Position numbers and translations under genes: made by a program
Origin: Octopus sinensis
Lineage: Eukaryota
Length of the DNA stretch: 64,000 nt
Assembly: GCF_006345805.1 (NCBI RefSeq)
Contig: NW_021836127.1
Location: 1-64,000, forward strand
Direction: 5' to 3'
The notes under the pieces: generated by a model
What the model saw: the letters and a program-made list of their open reading frames with translations, nothing else
What the model was told of the DNA's origin: nothing
The model's database searches: none
In this document: positions 24,100 to 36,977 of the stretch, piece by piece
Position numbering within the stretch: the first letter of the stretch is position 1
How the letters are laid out: each line of letters opens with the position of its first letter

Positions 24100-24480
24100 A
24101 CTAATAGCTCAAAAATTTTTTTGTGGCAATTTAAACATTTGGACTTCTAAAAAACGGGTCTTGCTTTAGGCACATAATTAGATATGTCACAAGATAATAT
24201 CCAACTTTTTCTAATGAATAATCGATAGGAGGTCATACGATCAATGAGACGTCCCAAATGGTCTTGTTGATCTACCGCTTTGATACCAAAGCTGTATAAG
24301 CAGATTTCGTACTGAAAGTATCAAGACGTCCATAAAATCAAGGATTTGATATTTCTTTGTCTCTCCAGCTTGTTCCCCAGCGTCCTGTAACCATAAGGAT
24401 TTTATGCTAATGAGTCAACATTCTTACTGCAATGCTATAAAGCGAAATTTCTAGCATGATAGATCAGCATTTTATTTGCC
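24100..24480 (-). mobile_element. Possible piggyBac transposase remnant
   Basis: AVDQQDHLGRLIDRMTSYRLFIRKS resembles GVDxxDxxxxYYRIxIxSKKW; heavily decayed. Confidence 0.3.
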
Positions 24481-24778
24481 CAAAAAAAGAAGAAATTTGG
24501 ATTATTAATTTAATTTGTGTGCGATTTTGTATAAATTTGTCTAAATTTAAAAAATATGTTTTCCCAAACAGTTTTCCTAGCCACACTTTTTCCGACAATT
24601 CTATTTAGCCCTGAAATTATATCAAATTTGACCCGTGCCTTTCTTTCTACCCAGCATAGAAAAACTCTTCACTAAAAATGAACACGCGCCGACTCTGTTT
24701 GTCGACGCATAAAGTCAGACAAAGGAAAATTTTAATCTTGTTAATAAACAATTTATCATAATAAGAAGGGAAAACAAT

Positions 24779-24897
24779 CAGGATTCCCCAGTGACTGCAC
24801 CGCGAATAGCAAACGAGTTACCTCGCAAGATTGCTATAAATATTCTCTGGTACGGCCAGCTGGTTTCCCGGTTCTTTCCGATCAGTTTCCCAATTAT
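24779..24897 (-). mobile_element. CRE-like 3' terminal fragment
   Basis: IIGKLIGKNRETSWPYQRIFIAILRGNSFAIRGAVTGES*. Confidence 0.7.
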
Positions 24898-25269
24898 AAA
24901 CAAAATCCTCTTCCCAGCCAAGTAAGAATCTTATTGGAAATTATGACAAACAAGATAAAGATCATCCACGGTTGATGGCTACCCTCTAAATATATGCCAT
25001 TTTGAATGTTTCTTCTTAGAAATTAGTTTAAGCTAGTCTCAAATATTATGTTATTATGTGTCTGAACAAAATGATGCCTAAAACTGCGCAAACTTTCTAA
25101 ATACGATATACACCATTCCTCCTTCTTGTCGTCACCTCATGAAATTTGTTAGAACGTCAATAATAGCTACAGCATGAGAATTATCTTTTATGGTAAATTT
25201 CAGAAATGAATTAAAAATTCACTTTTTTGTTATCTTTTTGCAAAATACCTGTGTCTCTTTTCTTCACAA

Positions 25270-25755
25270 AATTTTGACTATCAAATTCAGAGATTAGGTA
25301 AGGATTTTTTTTAAATAGGGTAAAGCCATGTTGCAAAAGTGCGAATTTGGACGGTTTATAAATTAAAACCACAACATGCTACTGGTTTAATATAATTAAA
25401 TCATTTTGAGGTCCTGCTAAATGATTAAAATGCAATTTTAAAGTGGATGAAAACGTTCCACCTCAGTTTTAATCAAAAAATGTAGATTATGATCATTCAG
25501 GATATGACAGAGGACATGCAGCCCCTGCTGCTGATTTCAAATTTAATTAAGTTAATTAAAATGTCTGATTTTTGATTAGAAAGCAATGTGTGATACCTTC
25601 TATTATTCAAATATGATGTCCCAGGTGCCAAGATTTAATAGGAAACAATGGAAAGCATTAGAAAAAATTATTAGAGATCATGTACTAGCAAATAATAAAG
25701 AACTGTATGTGATTACTGGTTCATATTTCGATCTACAAAATCCAATACTGGTAAT
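25270..25755 (+). pseudogene. ENDOG: DNA/RNA non-specific endonuclease (Endonuclease G-like) pseudogene
   Basis: CNFKVDENVP, DYDHSGYDRGHAAPAADF, AMCDTFYYSNMMSQ, FNRKQWKALE, LYVITG; micro-introns retained. In-frame stops at 25422, 25470 and 25548. Confidence 0.8.
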
Positions 25756-26204
25756 TTAATATTATTTAATCATATTTTAGAAAATTAATTCTAATGTCTG
25801 GATCTCGACTAGTTGTTATAAATTAGTGTTTACAACCGACTTCTCACATTATTGCGATATATATGCTTAAAAATACCGATCCGAATGCAATATTGAAACT
25901 TAAAAATTATAAAGTAAATTTATTTTTAAAAATATCGCTAGTACGATTTAGCTAATTTTGAAACACATGATTATTTTCCTACTTTTTCTCGAAATAAACT
26001 ACAAAATGGGGAAGACCTGTGCTTGCTCATTGATTGCGATAATAACTTGCTTTAAATTGATCTTTCGATTCGTTAATCCACTAACCATTCGGCTTCTTCA
26101 TTTCAAATAATTTTTATAATTTTATTAAAAATCTATAAAAATAATATTAAAAAACGATGATACGTTTCTAAAATTAAGAAATACTTTATGACTCATTCCT
26201 CAAC

Positions 26205-26310
26205 GGGCAGTCCATCGGGAGGAGGCTTAAGGATCCGAGAGAGGGCCTCTGGCATCGGTCTGGCCATCGTTCGTTGCAACGCGTACTGCGTCCTTGCAGC
26301 TGGCACATAA
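26205..26310 (+). mobile_element. CRE-like 3' terminal fragment (divergent subfamily)
   Basis: SIGRRLKDPREG...LAIVRCNAYCVLAAGT*. Confidence 0.55.
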
Positions 26311-26609
26311 CTTTCTATTGGTGCTTATTTTGTTTAAAATGCATCATTTATGAAAAAAAACTTTAAAAGACCATTAGAACTTTTACCCCTGGGACATCTT
26401 CGCCGCAGCACGATGCACTTACCGTGGAAACAAATTTTTCCGGACGAAATTTACCAGCCTATAGAAGTGCTGCAAACCGACTAGTCGTCCGCTGCGGTCT
26501 TGTTTCGCTTCATGGGAAGATTACTGAACAAGGATGAGGTCGCTCGCGAAGTGCATCGAAATCACGGATTAATTAATTCGGCTTTAACCGCGGTTGTGAC
26601 AATAGATTT

Positions 26610-28320
26610 TTTGGTGACCGAGTTGCTATCGAGCCATTAGAAACGTGCAAAAAAATGTCAATTTTGTAAACAAGGAAATGGAAATACAGTAAAACCTCTG
26701 TTACTCGCCACCTCTATTGCTCGCCACATATTTTTCAAAAAATTAAAAATTTCTAGTAAATTTTGATAAATATTCTATTGCTCGCCATTTTCTAAATCTC
26801 GCCATTAATTTTTAAAAATATTTTTTTTGGTTAAACTATTTTTTATATAAAATATTTCAACCACGCTAAATTTGACATGCGTAAGTGCACAAGATTGTCT
26901 TTTAATGAAAAACGTCGCATTATTGCGTACATGGAGGAGAACAAAAGTCTCACGATGGACCGTATAGCTTACATTTTTTCTTCTGTTTTACAACAATTCT
27001 ACAGCCAATGGATCAAGGAATCATTAGATCCTTCAAAGGACATTTTAATAAACTTAAATTTGAGTTAATGTTAGAAAAAATTGAAAATGGAGAAAATACA
27101 CTGGAAGCTCATAAAAAAATAACCTTAAAAGACGGTCTTCTTTTTACATATTTTGCCTGGAAAAAAGTAACGACCAAAAAAATTACAAATTGTTTCGGAC
27201 ATTCAAAATGGATCGAATGTGAAAATCAATTCGAAAGACCAACTGTTGAAATTGATAATTATGATCAAATGGTAAATATCTTGAAAATATTGGACCCGGT
27301 GGATAAAGATGATTTTATTAATCATGAATTTACCGAAATAGATGAAATTGAAGATTACCTTAATATTGCTGGAGATTCTTTCCCACACAAATATGACGAT
27401 GAAGATACTCATAATGACGAATCTCATGTGAATTCAGAAGAGGCTTTGAAAATGTTGAAAAGAATAAAGTCATTCTTTTATCAAAATGAAAATTTTGATA
27501 TAAATTCATTGGAACTAATCGAAACCGTTATTAGAAATATGGCTGAATTAAAAAAAACTATTAAAGATTTTTTTAGTTAATTTTTTCCTTTTAATTTCTT
27601 TCGATTCTCTTTGTTTCTTTGCTCAAATATGACTTGGAAGGCTCACTTATGATCGGAAAGTATCGAAAACGGAGATGTTTTCAAAATTTCAATGTCAACA
27701 AATTTATTGATTATTTCTATTGCTCGCCAAATTCTATTGCTCGCCATTTTTTCTTCGGTCCCGAAAATGGCGAGCACCAGAGGTTTTACTGTATGTGTTC
27801 TAATCTTGCATATTTGAGTGCACATGACACTCACGGAGCCATAACCGAGTTTCACATACAGCAGGCGACCTCCTGTTATAAGTACATCAAAAAATAACTC
27901 AAAAAACAAGAATTCCTGACTCTATGTCTTTCGATGAAGCAGCAATGGTCCAACCTCTTTCCGTCGCAGTAGGAATATGCAAAAGAACAGGAAATTTATT
28001 AGGAAAAAAAGTAGTAATTGGCGGAACAGGTGTCTTAATATTATAACAATACATCCAGGGGCGATTGGAAGCTTGTGTTTGATGGTTCTTAAGGCTAGTG
28101 GAGTCTCGAGAATTTGTGTGACTGGTAGGGTACTTTCAGTAACAAGCCTACAGACATTCTCAAAGAAAGGATTGATTTTTCTCTTAAAAATGGGGCGGAT
28201 TGTGGAGTACTAGTTGGGGAGGGTGACAGTCCTGGGGTGATCTCGGACAATATTATTAATAAATTAGAGGATATGGCAGATGTTTGTCTCGACTGTTGTG
28301 GAATTAGTTCTAATAACAAT
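26610..28320 (+). pseudogene. SORD: Sorbitol dehydrogenase-like (MDR family) pseudogene interrupted by a Tigger element
   Basis: GDRVAIEPLETCKKCQFCKQGNGN [TE] MCSNL...CYK|IPDSMSFDEAAMVQPLSVAV...VVIGGTG|AIG...ADVCLDCCG; three 29-nt introns; both ends truncated. Confidence 0.8.
26687..27791 (+). mobile_element. pogo/Tigger element, internally deleted (1105 bp)
   Basis: TIRs cagtaaaacctctg / cagaggttttactg (extend to 24 bp with 2 mismatches), TA on both sides, subterminal ctattgctcgcca repeats. HTH-like MRKCTRLSFNEKRRII and LQPMDQGIIRSFK. Confidence 0.93.
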
Positions 28321-29249
28321 TTAATTTAACTAATATTTAAATAATAATTGTATAATAAAAAAATTTCAAGTAATGAAAATTGAATAAACTTTTTTTAGAA
28401 TAATTAAATTTATTTTAATTAAATATGAATTAAAATTTTTATTTAAAATTAAATTATATAAATAAATTAATAAATCGAAGCAACAGAGAGACCAAATATA
28501 CCACCAAAAAACCCCCTCAATTACATAATCAACGAAGAAGAAAAAATACTCCAAATGGAAAGGCAAAGAATAGCCGAAAAGGAAGCAGCAAAAAAGAAGA
28601 AAATCGGGTTCCAATGCAATATTGCACATTTAATGGGTCTCATAGATGTTTAGTTTGTAAGTCAAAGATTTGCCGTAATATAAGAAAATTTGCAATTAAT
28701 GTTGTGCAAGACCACATTAGACGTACTTCAAATTGAATTAATTTCTATTTATTGGATTATATATTTTTAAATAAGTCGGTGACAATTAATTGGACATCAT
28801 AGACCGCCGCAGGAAAGTCCGTCATAATTAAAAATGTCAATTGTGTCAGTTTTCAAATGGAAAACAATCGGGAATACCAAAGTGCTAAGTAGAATCACAG
28901 TCATTGCTGTCTAACCACAAAAACCAACATCATTTAGAGATCATGAATCTTTGACAATATTAAAATAAATAATTAGGTTAGTTAATAAGTGATATTCGAA
29001 TTTTGAGTGAAAGACAAAAACAAAATTAGATGATTGCCAGGAAAGTAGTCAAAAGGCTAATGGTCAGGTCAACGGCGACACTCATCTATCCTCGCGGCCG
29101 TAGTCTTTTGGCAGGATACCGGTACTCGGATTGGTCGCCGGTGATCCTTTCCAAAAATGTGTTTAAACAATACTACTTAAATGAAGTTAATAGTAATTGC
29201 ATCACTTGTGCAAGTTTGCCTTTAATTCTGACTAGTGCATGTAACAATA

Positions 29250-30126
29250 AAGAAAAGCGGAAACAAGAAATATCAGAATAAATAATTAGGTTACTTAATG
29301 AATACCGTTAGAATATTTTTTCTGTTAAATTCACTTGTGCAGATCATATTATTTGGGATTGGGTGGTCATAGAAGTTGCAATCTAATGTGAGTATAAAAA
29401 CACACCAAATTCTTCTTTCATAGTTAGTGTTGTCTTTTGATTTTGATCTAATTTTATTTCCACACTGTTGTCGGCTAATAAGATTTTTGTTACATTAATC
29501 ACTGTCGTAATTCTTATATGAAAATAATAAAGTATACAGTGTGGGTTGGGACCCGTTTGTGAACATGCAAATTTTCTGGTCTTTATAAAAACTACACAGT
29601 CAGTAATTTAAAATACTAAAGCCTGACAGGACGACTGATTTTTGGCGACTGAAAGATGGTTTTTGATGGCATGTGACTTTAATGTTAGAATAAGATTTGT
29701 ACAGTTGTGATAATGCGGATAGACGTGCAAAACTATCTACATTCACGTAACGAAGATTATCACAGTCATACAGATTTCTAAAAATTCGAAATATTTAAAT
29801 ATACATATTGTATAATTTATCCAACCCATCAAATGAGTTGTTTAGTATTTTCTTTAGCGAGTCTCCAACACACTTACTAGTATTAATAAAATATTGATTA
29901 CAAGTTTTTCAAATTTTCTAGATGGGAGAATATTTCTCCATTAGGAAATGTAACATTTCTCTTAATGTAAATAAATGTTGAATCTCCCGAGGCATTTTCT
30001 TGATTGAAAATACAGTTGTATAAATTAAGAAATCTTTTAAAATAAGCAATTCTTCAATAACCTTCCTGTCAAATCACAGTCTTTTTGTATCACAAAGCAA
30101 ACAAAAAATAGGACAAGTGTCACCAT
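29250..30126 (-). CDS. Leucine-rich-repeat ectodomain protein (LGR/glycoprotein-hormone-receptor-like exon pattern); 3' end unresolved
   Basis: ATG 30126 with signal-like MVTLVLFFVCFVI. LRRs GEIFSHLENLKNF, LKKILNNSFDGLDKLYNINL, LRYVNVDSFARLSALSQL. Phase-2 introns 29877-29901, 29778-29804, 29677-29702 flank exons of 72 and 75 nt. Confidence 0.6.
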
Positions 30127-31304
30127 TATAATATCAGGTCATATTTTATTGTGAATAACTCATTGGTTAGACATTAAATTAATATATTTATTAAACTGTT
30201 TTTTGTTAATATATATTACTTTGCACGTATATTTCGAGGCGTAATGAAAACAATATTTTTTAATCCTGGATGTACAAATATTTCACCTCTCGAGCATTTT
30301 GGACCAATCACTGGACACTTCAAGTCCGTAAATAAATCACAATTATTTATAAATTAAACAAAAATTGGCTAACTTAATACTATTTATAAGATATCGCAAA
30401 TAAGAAAATTTGTGAACTTATATAATGATAAGTCGATGGCAAGCTAAAAAAAACTTAAATTAGTAGATTATATTGAAATAAATCCAATTTAAATTCTTTA
30501 CTGCATCCGCCTTCTAAAACTTCCAAATACGATGGCTATTTAGTTCATCCTCTAATGGAGCACTATACCTTAATAAATAAAAGTTTTTTTCTGATATCTC
30601 AAAATGATTCTCTAATCCAGCTAGTCTAAAGTAAATATTCACATTCTACATTTTTCACGTTTCCTACTCCACAGCAAAAAGTTTTAAATCATAAATTAAT
30701 AAAACATAATTTTTAGATTTCCATCAATAAAAATTTTTAAAGACGTATAATTGTTAGGTTATTTGGAATTTTTAGTACATAATAAGCAAATAAAATAGTT
30801 GATTTGTGAATTTTTTTAATTAGCGTTTTTTATAGATCTCTAGGAGTCGTCTAAAATGCCGGTTTGTTTCTTGATATCAGGCTTATTAATAACATCAGAA
30901 TAAATAATGAATGGGTTAGTTTACTCTCTGATTTGATGAATAAATACATTATGAATTAATAGCTTATTGTCCACCCCTATGATTTTATGAATCTTAAACT
31001 AATAAAATTTGGAAAAATATCTTGAATTTACTTCAAAAGACAAATTTCTGTTAAAATAAAAAAACTTTTTAAAAATTTCTATTAAAATAAAAAAACTTGT
31101 TTAAAAATAAAAATATATTAAATCATCAATTCATAAAATAATATTAATAAAAGTCCAAATAAAAAGAAACCAAAGAAGTAAGAATTAGTAATTGGATAAT
31201 TGAAAAAACCAGTATCAAGAAGCACATTAAATATTTATTTTTATTATTTAAATTAATACTTATTTTTATTATGAAAATTGAAAGTTTAAACAGAATATAA
31301 ATTT

Positions 31305-31440
31305 CGGAGATCGGTTTGATGATCTCGAAGAAGATTCACGAGAGACGTGAATCTAGCTGGCTTTTTCAGCGCATTTCCCCTGCGATATTGCGCGGAAACT
31401 GCCTGTCTATACGCTCGTCCTCTCAACCAAAGAATTAACG
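31305..31440 (+). mobile_element. CRE-like 3' terminal fragment
   Basis: SEIGLMISKKIHERRESSWLFQRISPAILRGNCLSIRSSSQPKN*, close to 4833-4975. Confidence 0.75.
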
Positions 31441-32618
31441 TGGATGAATTAGAATTTAATTTTATAACAATAATTGATTAAAAATATATAAATTTAAACT
31501 GAATCTATAGTTGCAACATACAGTTCTATTATTTTAACGAAGTTAATATTTTAACCGCAATTATTAAAAAAAAACAGTTAAAAAGACAAGAGAAAATTCT
31601 CCCACCTCGGATTAATTAGAATTAATAGTTACTTGTTCTCTCTTGCTCTTTCTTGTGTGGCTGGCACAAGTGAAGGCTCAGGTACATGCGTGCCTCTGTC
31701 TTCGCGGACGTGCCGCTATATATATTATAAATTAAAGTCAAATATAATTTAATTTTCTAAAAATTTTATTATCAGACGATTTAATATAAAATTACTAAAG
31801 CAGAAAACTGTAAAATCTGTAAAATTTGTTTTCACAATTTGTATATCTTTTGAGCATATAAAATAGTTTTTTTATGTATTTAAACCATGTTGGTTATTGT
31901 AACAGACAGCAATGATATTAAAACTGAAAATAACACTTCCTTAATAATCATTTTGCTTATCTGTTTAAGAAATGTCAATTACTTGCGGAATATTAATTTG
32001 AATGCCATTTGTTAACAATTTAGATTTGACTAACGATAACAAAAATACAAAAATCCTACCTGTCTTTTATAAAATTATTTTTAGTTAAGTATAGTCGTTT
32101 TTAATGCAGTCTAGTTGCTATTAATTTTAAATTTTATCATCGAATATATTTACATAAAATTTTCCCTGCCGAGATATTTGTCATTTTATAATATTTATTT
32201 TGACAAAATCGATTTTAAAATAAAATTCGAATATTTTTTTGAGTTTTTTTCAAACCATCTAGGCTCGGTAACGTACTAGGCTCGTAACATATTTGATGAA
32301 TCTAAAGCATTCAGAGTTCTCATTTTTCTTTAACAAACAACAAGAACTTATTCACCAATCTAATAAATTCAAAAACTATTTGTTGTAAAATAAATTGACA
32401 AGATAAAACATTAAATTTGTTAAAATGAATTGGATCTCAAACATTGTTCATTTGTTGTAAATTCAGCATATAATAGTTATATTGGACGTATAGAGTCTAT
32501 ACGAAATAAATAAGTCTTTTTTTGGTACACGAAATAACTTGGTTTGGTACATTGACTTTTCTTTTTGGGAACCAAAAAAAAGATTGAGAATAGCTGGTAT
32601 AGAGTCTATACTATAGAC

Positions 32619-34520
32619 CAGAGGTTTCCAAATGGGGAGGCGCGCCTCCCTAGGGAGGCGTTGACTCGTGTCAAGGGAGGCGCGAAAAGTATTTCAGAAA
32701 CATTTTTTAGAAAATTATATCTATGTAAAAAACGTGACTATATTCCGATAATAAGAGTTATTAATTTAAAAATTATATTTTTTCAAAAATTTATTTAATT
32801 TATTAGACAATTAAATAATTTTAACACATGAATAAATTCTTGAGTGGTTGCAAAAGAAAATTCACGAATAATAAAGATTTTGACGATGGTTCAAAAAATC
32901 AAAATGATTGGAATATAATCAATACCATTCCAAAGACAAGAAAATACTTTCCATCTTACTTATTGTTAGGATTCACACGTATCTTTGTTGATTCTATGGA
33001 AAAACCCCTCTGTTTGCTTTGCCTCAAAACACTTGCAGCAGATAGTATGAGGCCATGCAAATTAAGAAGACATTTTGAAACGATGCATTCTGAACATGTC
33101 CATAAGTCTGAAGAATTTTTAAAAGAAAATTAGAAGAGTTTGATAACCAAACGAAATCGTTAAAAAAACTTGTTTCTGTCTCTTCAAATGCTTTACTAGC
33201 ATCGTACAAAGTTTCTTACAGGATTGCAAAATGCAAGAAACCGCACAATATCGGAGAAACTCTAGTTTTGCCAGCAGCTATCGATATGGTTGAAGCAATG
33301 TTTGGCGAATCCTATGCAAAACAATTACAGCAAATACCGCTTGCTGATAACACAGTCGCTAGAAGAATTGATGACATATCTGAAGATCTTTGTGATCAGT
33401 TGGTTTCTCGACTACGTAACTGTAAATTTGCTATACAAGTTGATGAGGGAGCTGACATAAATAAAAATGCACATTTAATTGCATATGTCAGATATGCTGA
33501 AGAAAGTACAATAATAGAAGATCTATTATTCTGCAAACCATTTCCTGGAAGGAGCACGGCCAATGAAATTTTTAATATAATTGATACTTTTTTTGAAGAA
33601 AATAACATAGAATGGATCAATTGTGTTGGACTTTGTACAGACGGAGCACAGTCAATGTCAGGAAATAAATCTGGTCTTCAAGCTCTTGTAAAAAACAGAG
33701 CACCAGAAATTATCTGGACGCACTGCATGCTGCACAGATCAGCACTTGTCTCAAAGAATATGAGAAATTGAGTATATTGAATAAATCAATGCAAAGACCA
33801 CAACTACATTTATTCTCTCAAAAGGACAAAATAAAAGCATTTATGAAAAAATTGGTATTATGGAAATCAAATATACAAAAAAATATCTATGACATGTTTC
33901 CACTTTTAAACACCTTTTGCGCCATAGTGAACATTGAAGCAAACAAAGACATATTTGCTGAACATTTGGATTGTTTGTTGAAGCATTTTGCTCACTATTT
34001 TAAAGATCTCGACTGTAAAATGTTCGAATGGATACAGAATCCATTTATTGATGAAGAAGATAATCAATTTGCATTGACAACTTTTGAAAAAGCAAAATTG
34101 ATAGAATTGTCATGCGATACATTATTGAAACAAAAATTTGAGAGAGAACCGCTAATTTCTTTTTGGTTGAATGTAAGAACGGAATATGAAATTTTGTCGA
34201 ATAAAGCAATGAAAGTTTTGTTGCCATTTGCTACTTCATATTTATGCGAAACTGGATTTTCTGCACTAGCTGCAATTAAATCTAAATATCGAACTCGTTT
34301 AGTAGTGACTAATGAGCTAAGAGTAGCACTCTCTGCGATGACACCAAGATTTGAAAAACTTTGCGCCAAGATGGAAAAAAAATTATCTCATTAACTTTTT
34401 GTTTTAAAAAATTGTTTTTGATAAAATAATAATTGTATTATATTATGGAATATAAAGGGAGGCGCAAGATTGTACTTTTTCTCTAAGGGAGGCGCGTAAA
34501 AAAAAGCTTGGAAACCTCTG
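32619..34520 (+). mobile_element. Buster/Charlie (ZBED5/SCAND3-like) hAT element, frameshifted and internally deleted
   Basis: TIRs cagaggtttccaa / ttggaaacctctg; TSD ctatagac/ctatggac. BED-like KPLCLLC...KLRRHF, IQVDE, CTDGAQSM, HCMLHR, FATSYLCETGFS. Frameshift about 33120; the RWLSRG block is missing at about 33775. Confidence 0.93.
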
Positions 34521-34804
34521 CTATGGACTATCGATAATACTGAATATCAAATTACACACAATTCGCTGTCCTTTTATAGACAGTTAACTGCATATATTCC
34601 TAAATATGAAACAGATACAAGACACCTATTTGATTTGACTTTAGATTAAATTTATTATTATTAAAAGCAGTATTGCAAACTGTAGATTCCTAACTATCGA
34701 TTTTGAGGTATATGAACCCTCAGTTCTTACATAACGGATATCCACCACTCTTCCATGCAATAAGTCAGTCATAAAAACAAATAAACTCAAGTAAAATTAT
34801 TAGA

Positions 34805-35202
34805 TTAAGATTCCATATAATTTATTATATTTTTATTAATATCTTCAAATCTTTGATCCAATTTTTTGATCCAGGAAATTCTAATTCGTCGTTTAATGTC
34901 ATATTCATTTAAATTAGATGTAAATCCGCTTTCTATATAAATAGATAATAATAAACAAAACCTGTACAAAATTGACTGATGTAGTCAATTTGTTCTTTAA
35001 GAGTAACTTGAATATGATTAATGAGATTATAAAAGTCCATGCTGTACTGTTCACAAGAATTATAATTAACATGTTCATTTGACATTTCATTTATTAGCTT
35101 TGCTTTAATTTAAATAAACAATTTACCGGCACATTTTAAAGACTCTACTAAATTTTTTTCTATTGAATCAATCATTTTTATTCTTTCTAAAGTAGCTGAC
35201 AT
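34805..35202 (-). CDS. MED11: Mediator complex subunit 11
   Basis: Spliced MSATLERIKMIDSIEKNLVESLKCAAKLINEMS...LKEQIDYISQFCT aligns with MED11 ERLRALEDIEREI...LSAQIRYLTQVAT; two micro-introns; TAA 34805-34807. Confidence 0.75.
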
Positions 35203-35489
35203 TTTACACCAAAACAGATATTTAAAATATTTAAAAATAAAATATTTATTAATAACAAATTTATAAATTATATTTTTTATAGAAATACTATTTAGAAATG
35301 GTTTCTCAAAAATTCTTAGTTCATTAATTGATAAATTCAAAACACGTTTTAAATATTTTAAGAAAGCTCTACATATCATTGAAATATTATGAAAATAGGT
35401 GTTTCAAGAACAGTTTTAAAAATATATCTTAATTATATGTTTTTTTATTTTAATATTTTTGACTTTATTAATATAAAATACAAGCGACA

Positions 35490-36700
35490 CATGGTTATAT
35501 AATTTATGTTGTTATGTACTGCATGTTTTTGCTCTTATATGTTATTTTAAGCAGTCTAAAACAGTTTGGTATTATTACTGAGCTCCCTATCTACTGCAAT
35601 ATTATCTGGCGTTATTTATTAATTAACTGCCTACATTTGAATCATTAATCTGAAATCAATCATATATAAAAATGTTATACAAATATTACTAAGAAAATTG
35701 AATTTCACAAATAATTAAAAGTTGAATAAAGTCTTGATGTTGTACTATAGCCATCTTCCTGTCTTTCTCCACAAAATGTTTTAGTTTGAATTTTGCTGAT
35801 AGAGATTATATCTAAGGTCGGTGTCTTCCACCCTGATAGGGATGTTTTTTAAGATAAGGCATGCAGTTCTGACTACTGCAGATCCAGCAGTATACTCGTT
35901 AATATCAAACCTATTAATTGAATTTATGTCATAATAAAAAGATGTCAGATTTTATTCGATTTGAACTTTAAAGTTTAATTTAGTTCAATTCCCTGTACAC
36001 AAAGAACTGTAGAATTCTTCAATAAAACAATCACGAGAAACGCTTGAAAATGATAGAAATCGATAAATAAAATGCTGGAGATTTTGGAAAATGCAGTGTT
36101 CTGTTATTACAAGGCTGCTTGCTCATTTTTGAATTCTTACAAAAAATATTGAGAGATAAACGGAATAAACCCTGTTGTTAAAGGTTATATTAAACTATGT
36201 TTTAAGGTAATAATAAAAATAAATTTGAAGATTCAGAGATTTTTGAGCTCAATTAATAATTCAAGTATCTTAATTCGTAATTCTAGTCTAAACGGAGTTG
36301 TCATTGGGCAAAGATACGCCAAGTTCATTTACGTCCTCACAATTGATCTTCTAAGATTCATTTTAGAAAATTGGACGTGAAAATAAATCTCAGCAAAAAG
36401 AGTTATTTACAAATTATGCGCTCACCCTCCAAGAAATGACGAAAAATAGAGGTATATAAAATACAAAGATTATTAATTAAAGATTCGAAGGATATTAACA
36501 CAAAATATTGCATTTTTTGAATTATATCAGGTCAACAGTTGTCGCAGGGTCAAATTTTGTTCATCAAAGATAGGAATACTTGGCCTTTGGATAGACATTG
36601 AAGCCACTTCTAAAACTTCTAAAAAATTGGAATCCACTTTTGTTGAGGCAGAAAGTCGTATTCAAGTTTTGCATGGATTTTTGTGATAGTAATATTATAA
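35490..36700 (+). CDS. Possible spliced gene of unknown function, divergent from MED11
   Basis: Open exon-like blocks (KMLEILENAVFCYYKAAC, QRYAKFIYVLTIDLLRFILENW, ELFTNYALTLQEM) separated by 24-31 nt GT-AG segments; a full frame could not be assembled. Confidence 0.25.
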
Positions 36701-36977
36701 CTGTTTTATTGAAATATCTATTCGATTAATTTTGTATTTGTATTAAAATATGGTGTTTCTATTCGCTGAAATCTTCTAATAATGCATTGATAACCCAAAT
36801 AGGTTGGAATATTTGTCTAATCACTCAATCACTTGTCAATGTTTTTCCGACTCGAACCATTAATGAAAGTTTAACAAAAAAATGATTATTTAACCAGAAA
36901 TGTAATTCCGAATACTAATTCATTAGTTATTATTTATTGCATAGAACATCAATATTGTACGCAGCTTTCATTTAAAC

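Noticed and set aside
25422-25550. Stop-codon reassignment (TAA read as Gln) suggested by the EndoG stops
   Set aside because: IGHMBP2, SLC6, GCNT, RPL7 and MED11 assemble without internal TAA/TAG, use CAA/CAG for Gln, and several end on TAA; one of the three stops is also TGA.
28440-28640. Minus-strand HWNPIFFFFAASF as GPCR TM6 of the LRR gene
   Set aside because: It is the antisense of a plausible K/E-rich plus-strand frame (EEEKILQMERQRIAEKEAAKKKK), which gives F/L/S runs automatically, and it cannot be spliced cleanly to the LRR exons.
35110-35379. 89-aa ORF as annotated by the track
   Set aside because: Only its last third is MED11 exon 1; the upstream part is AT-rich promoter sequence.
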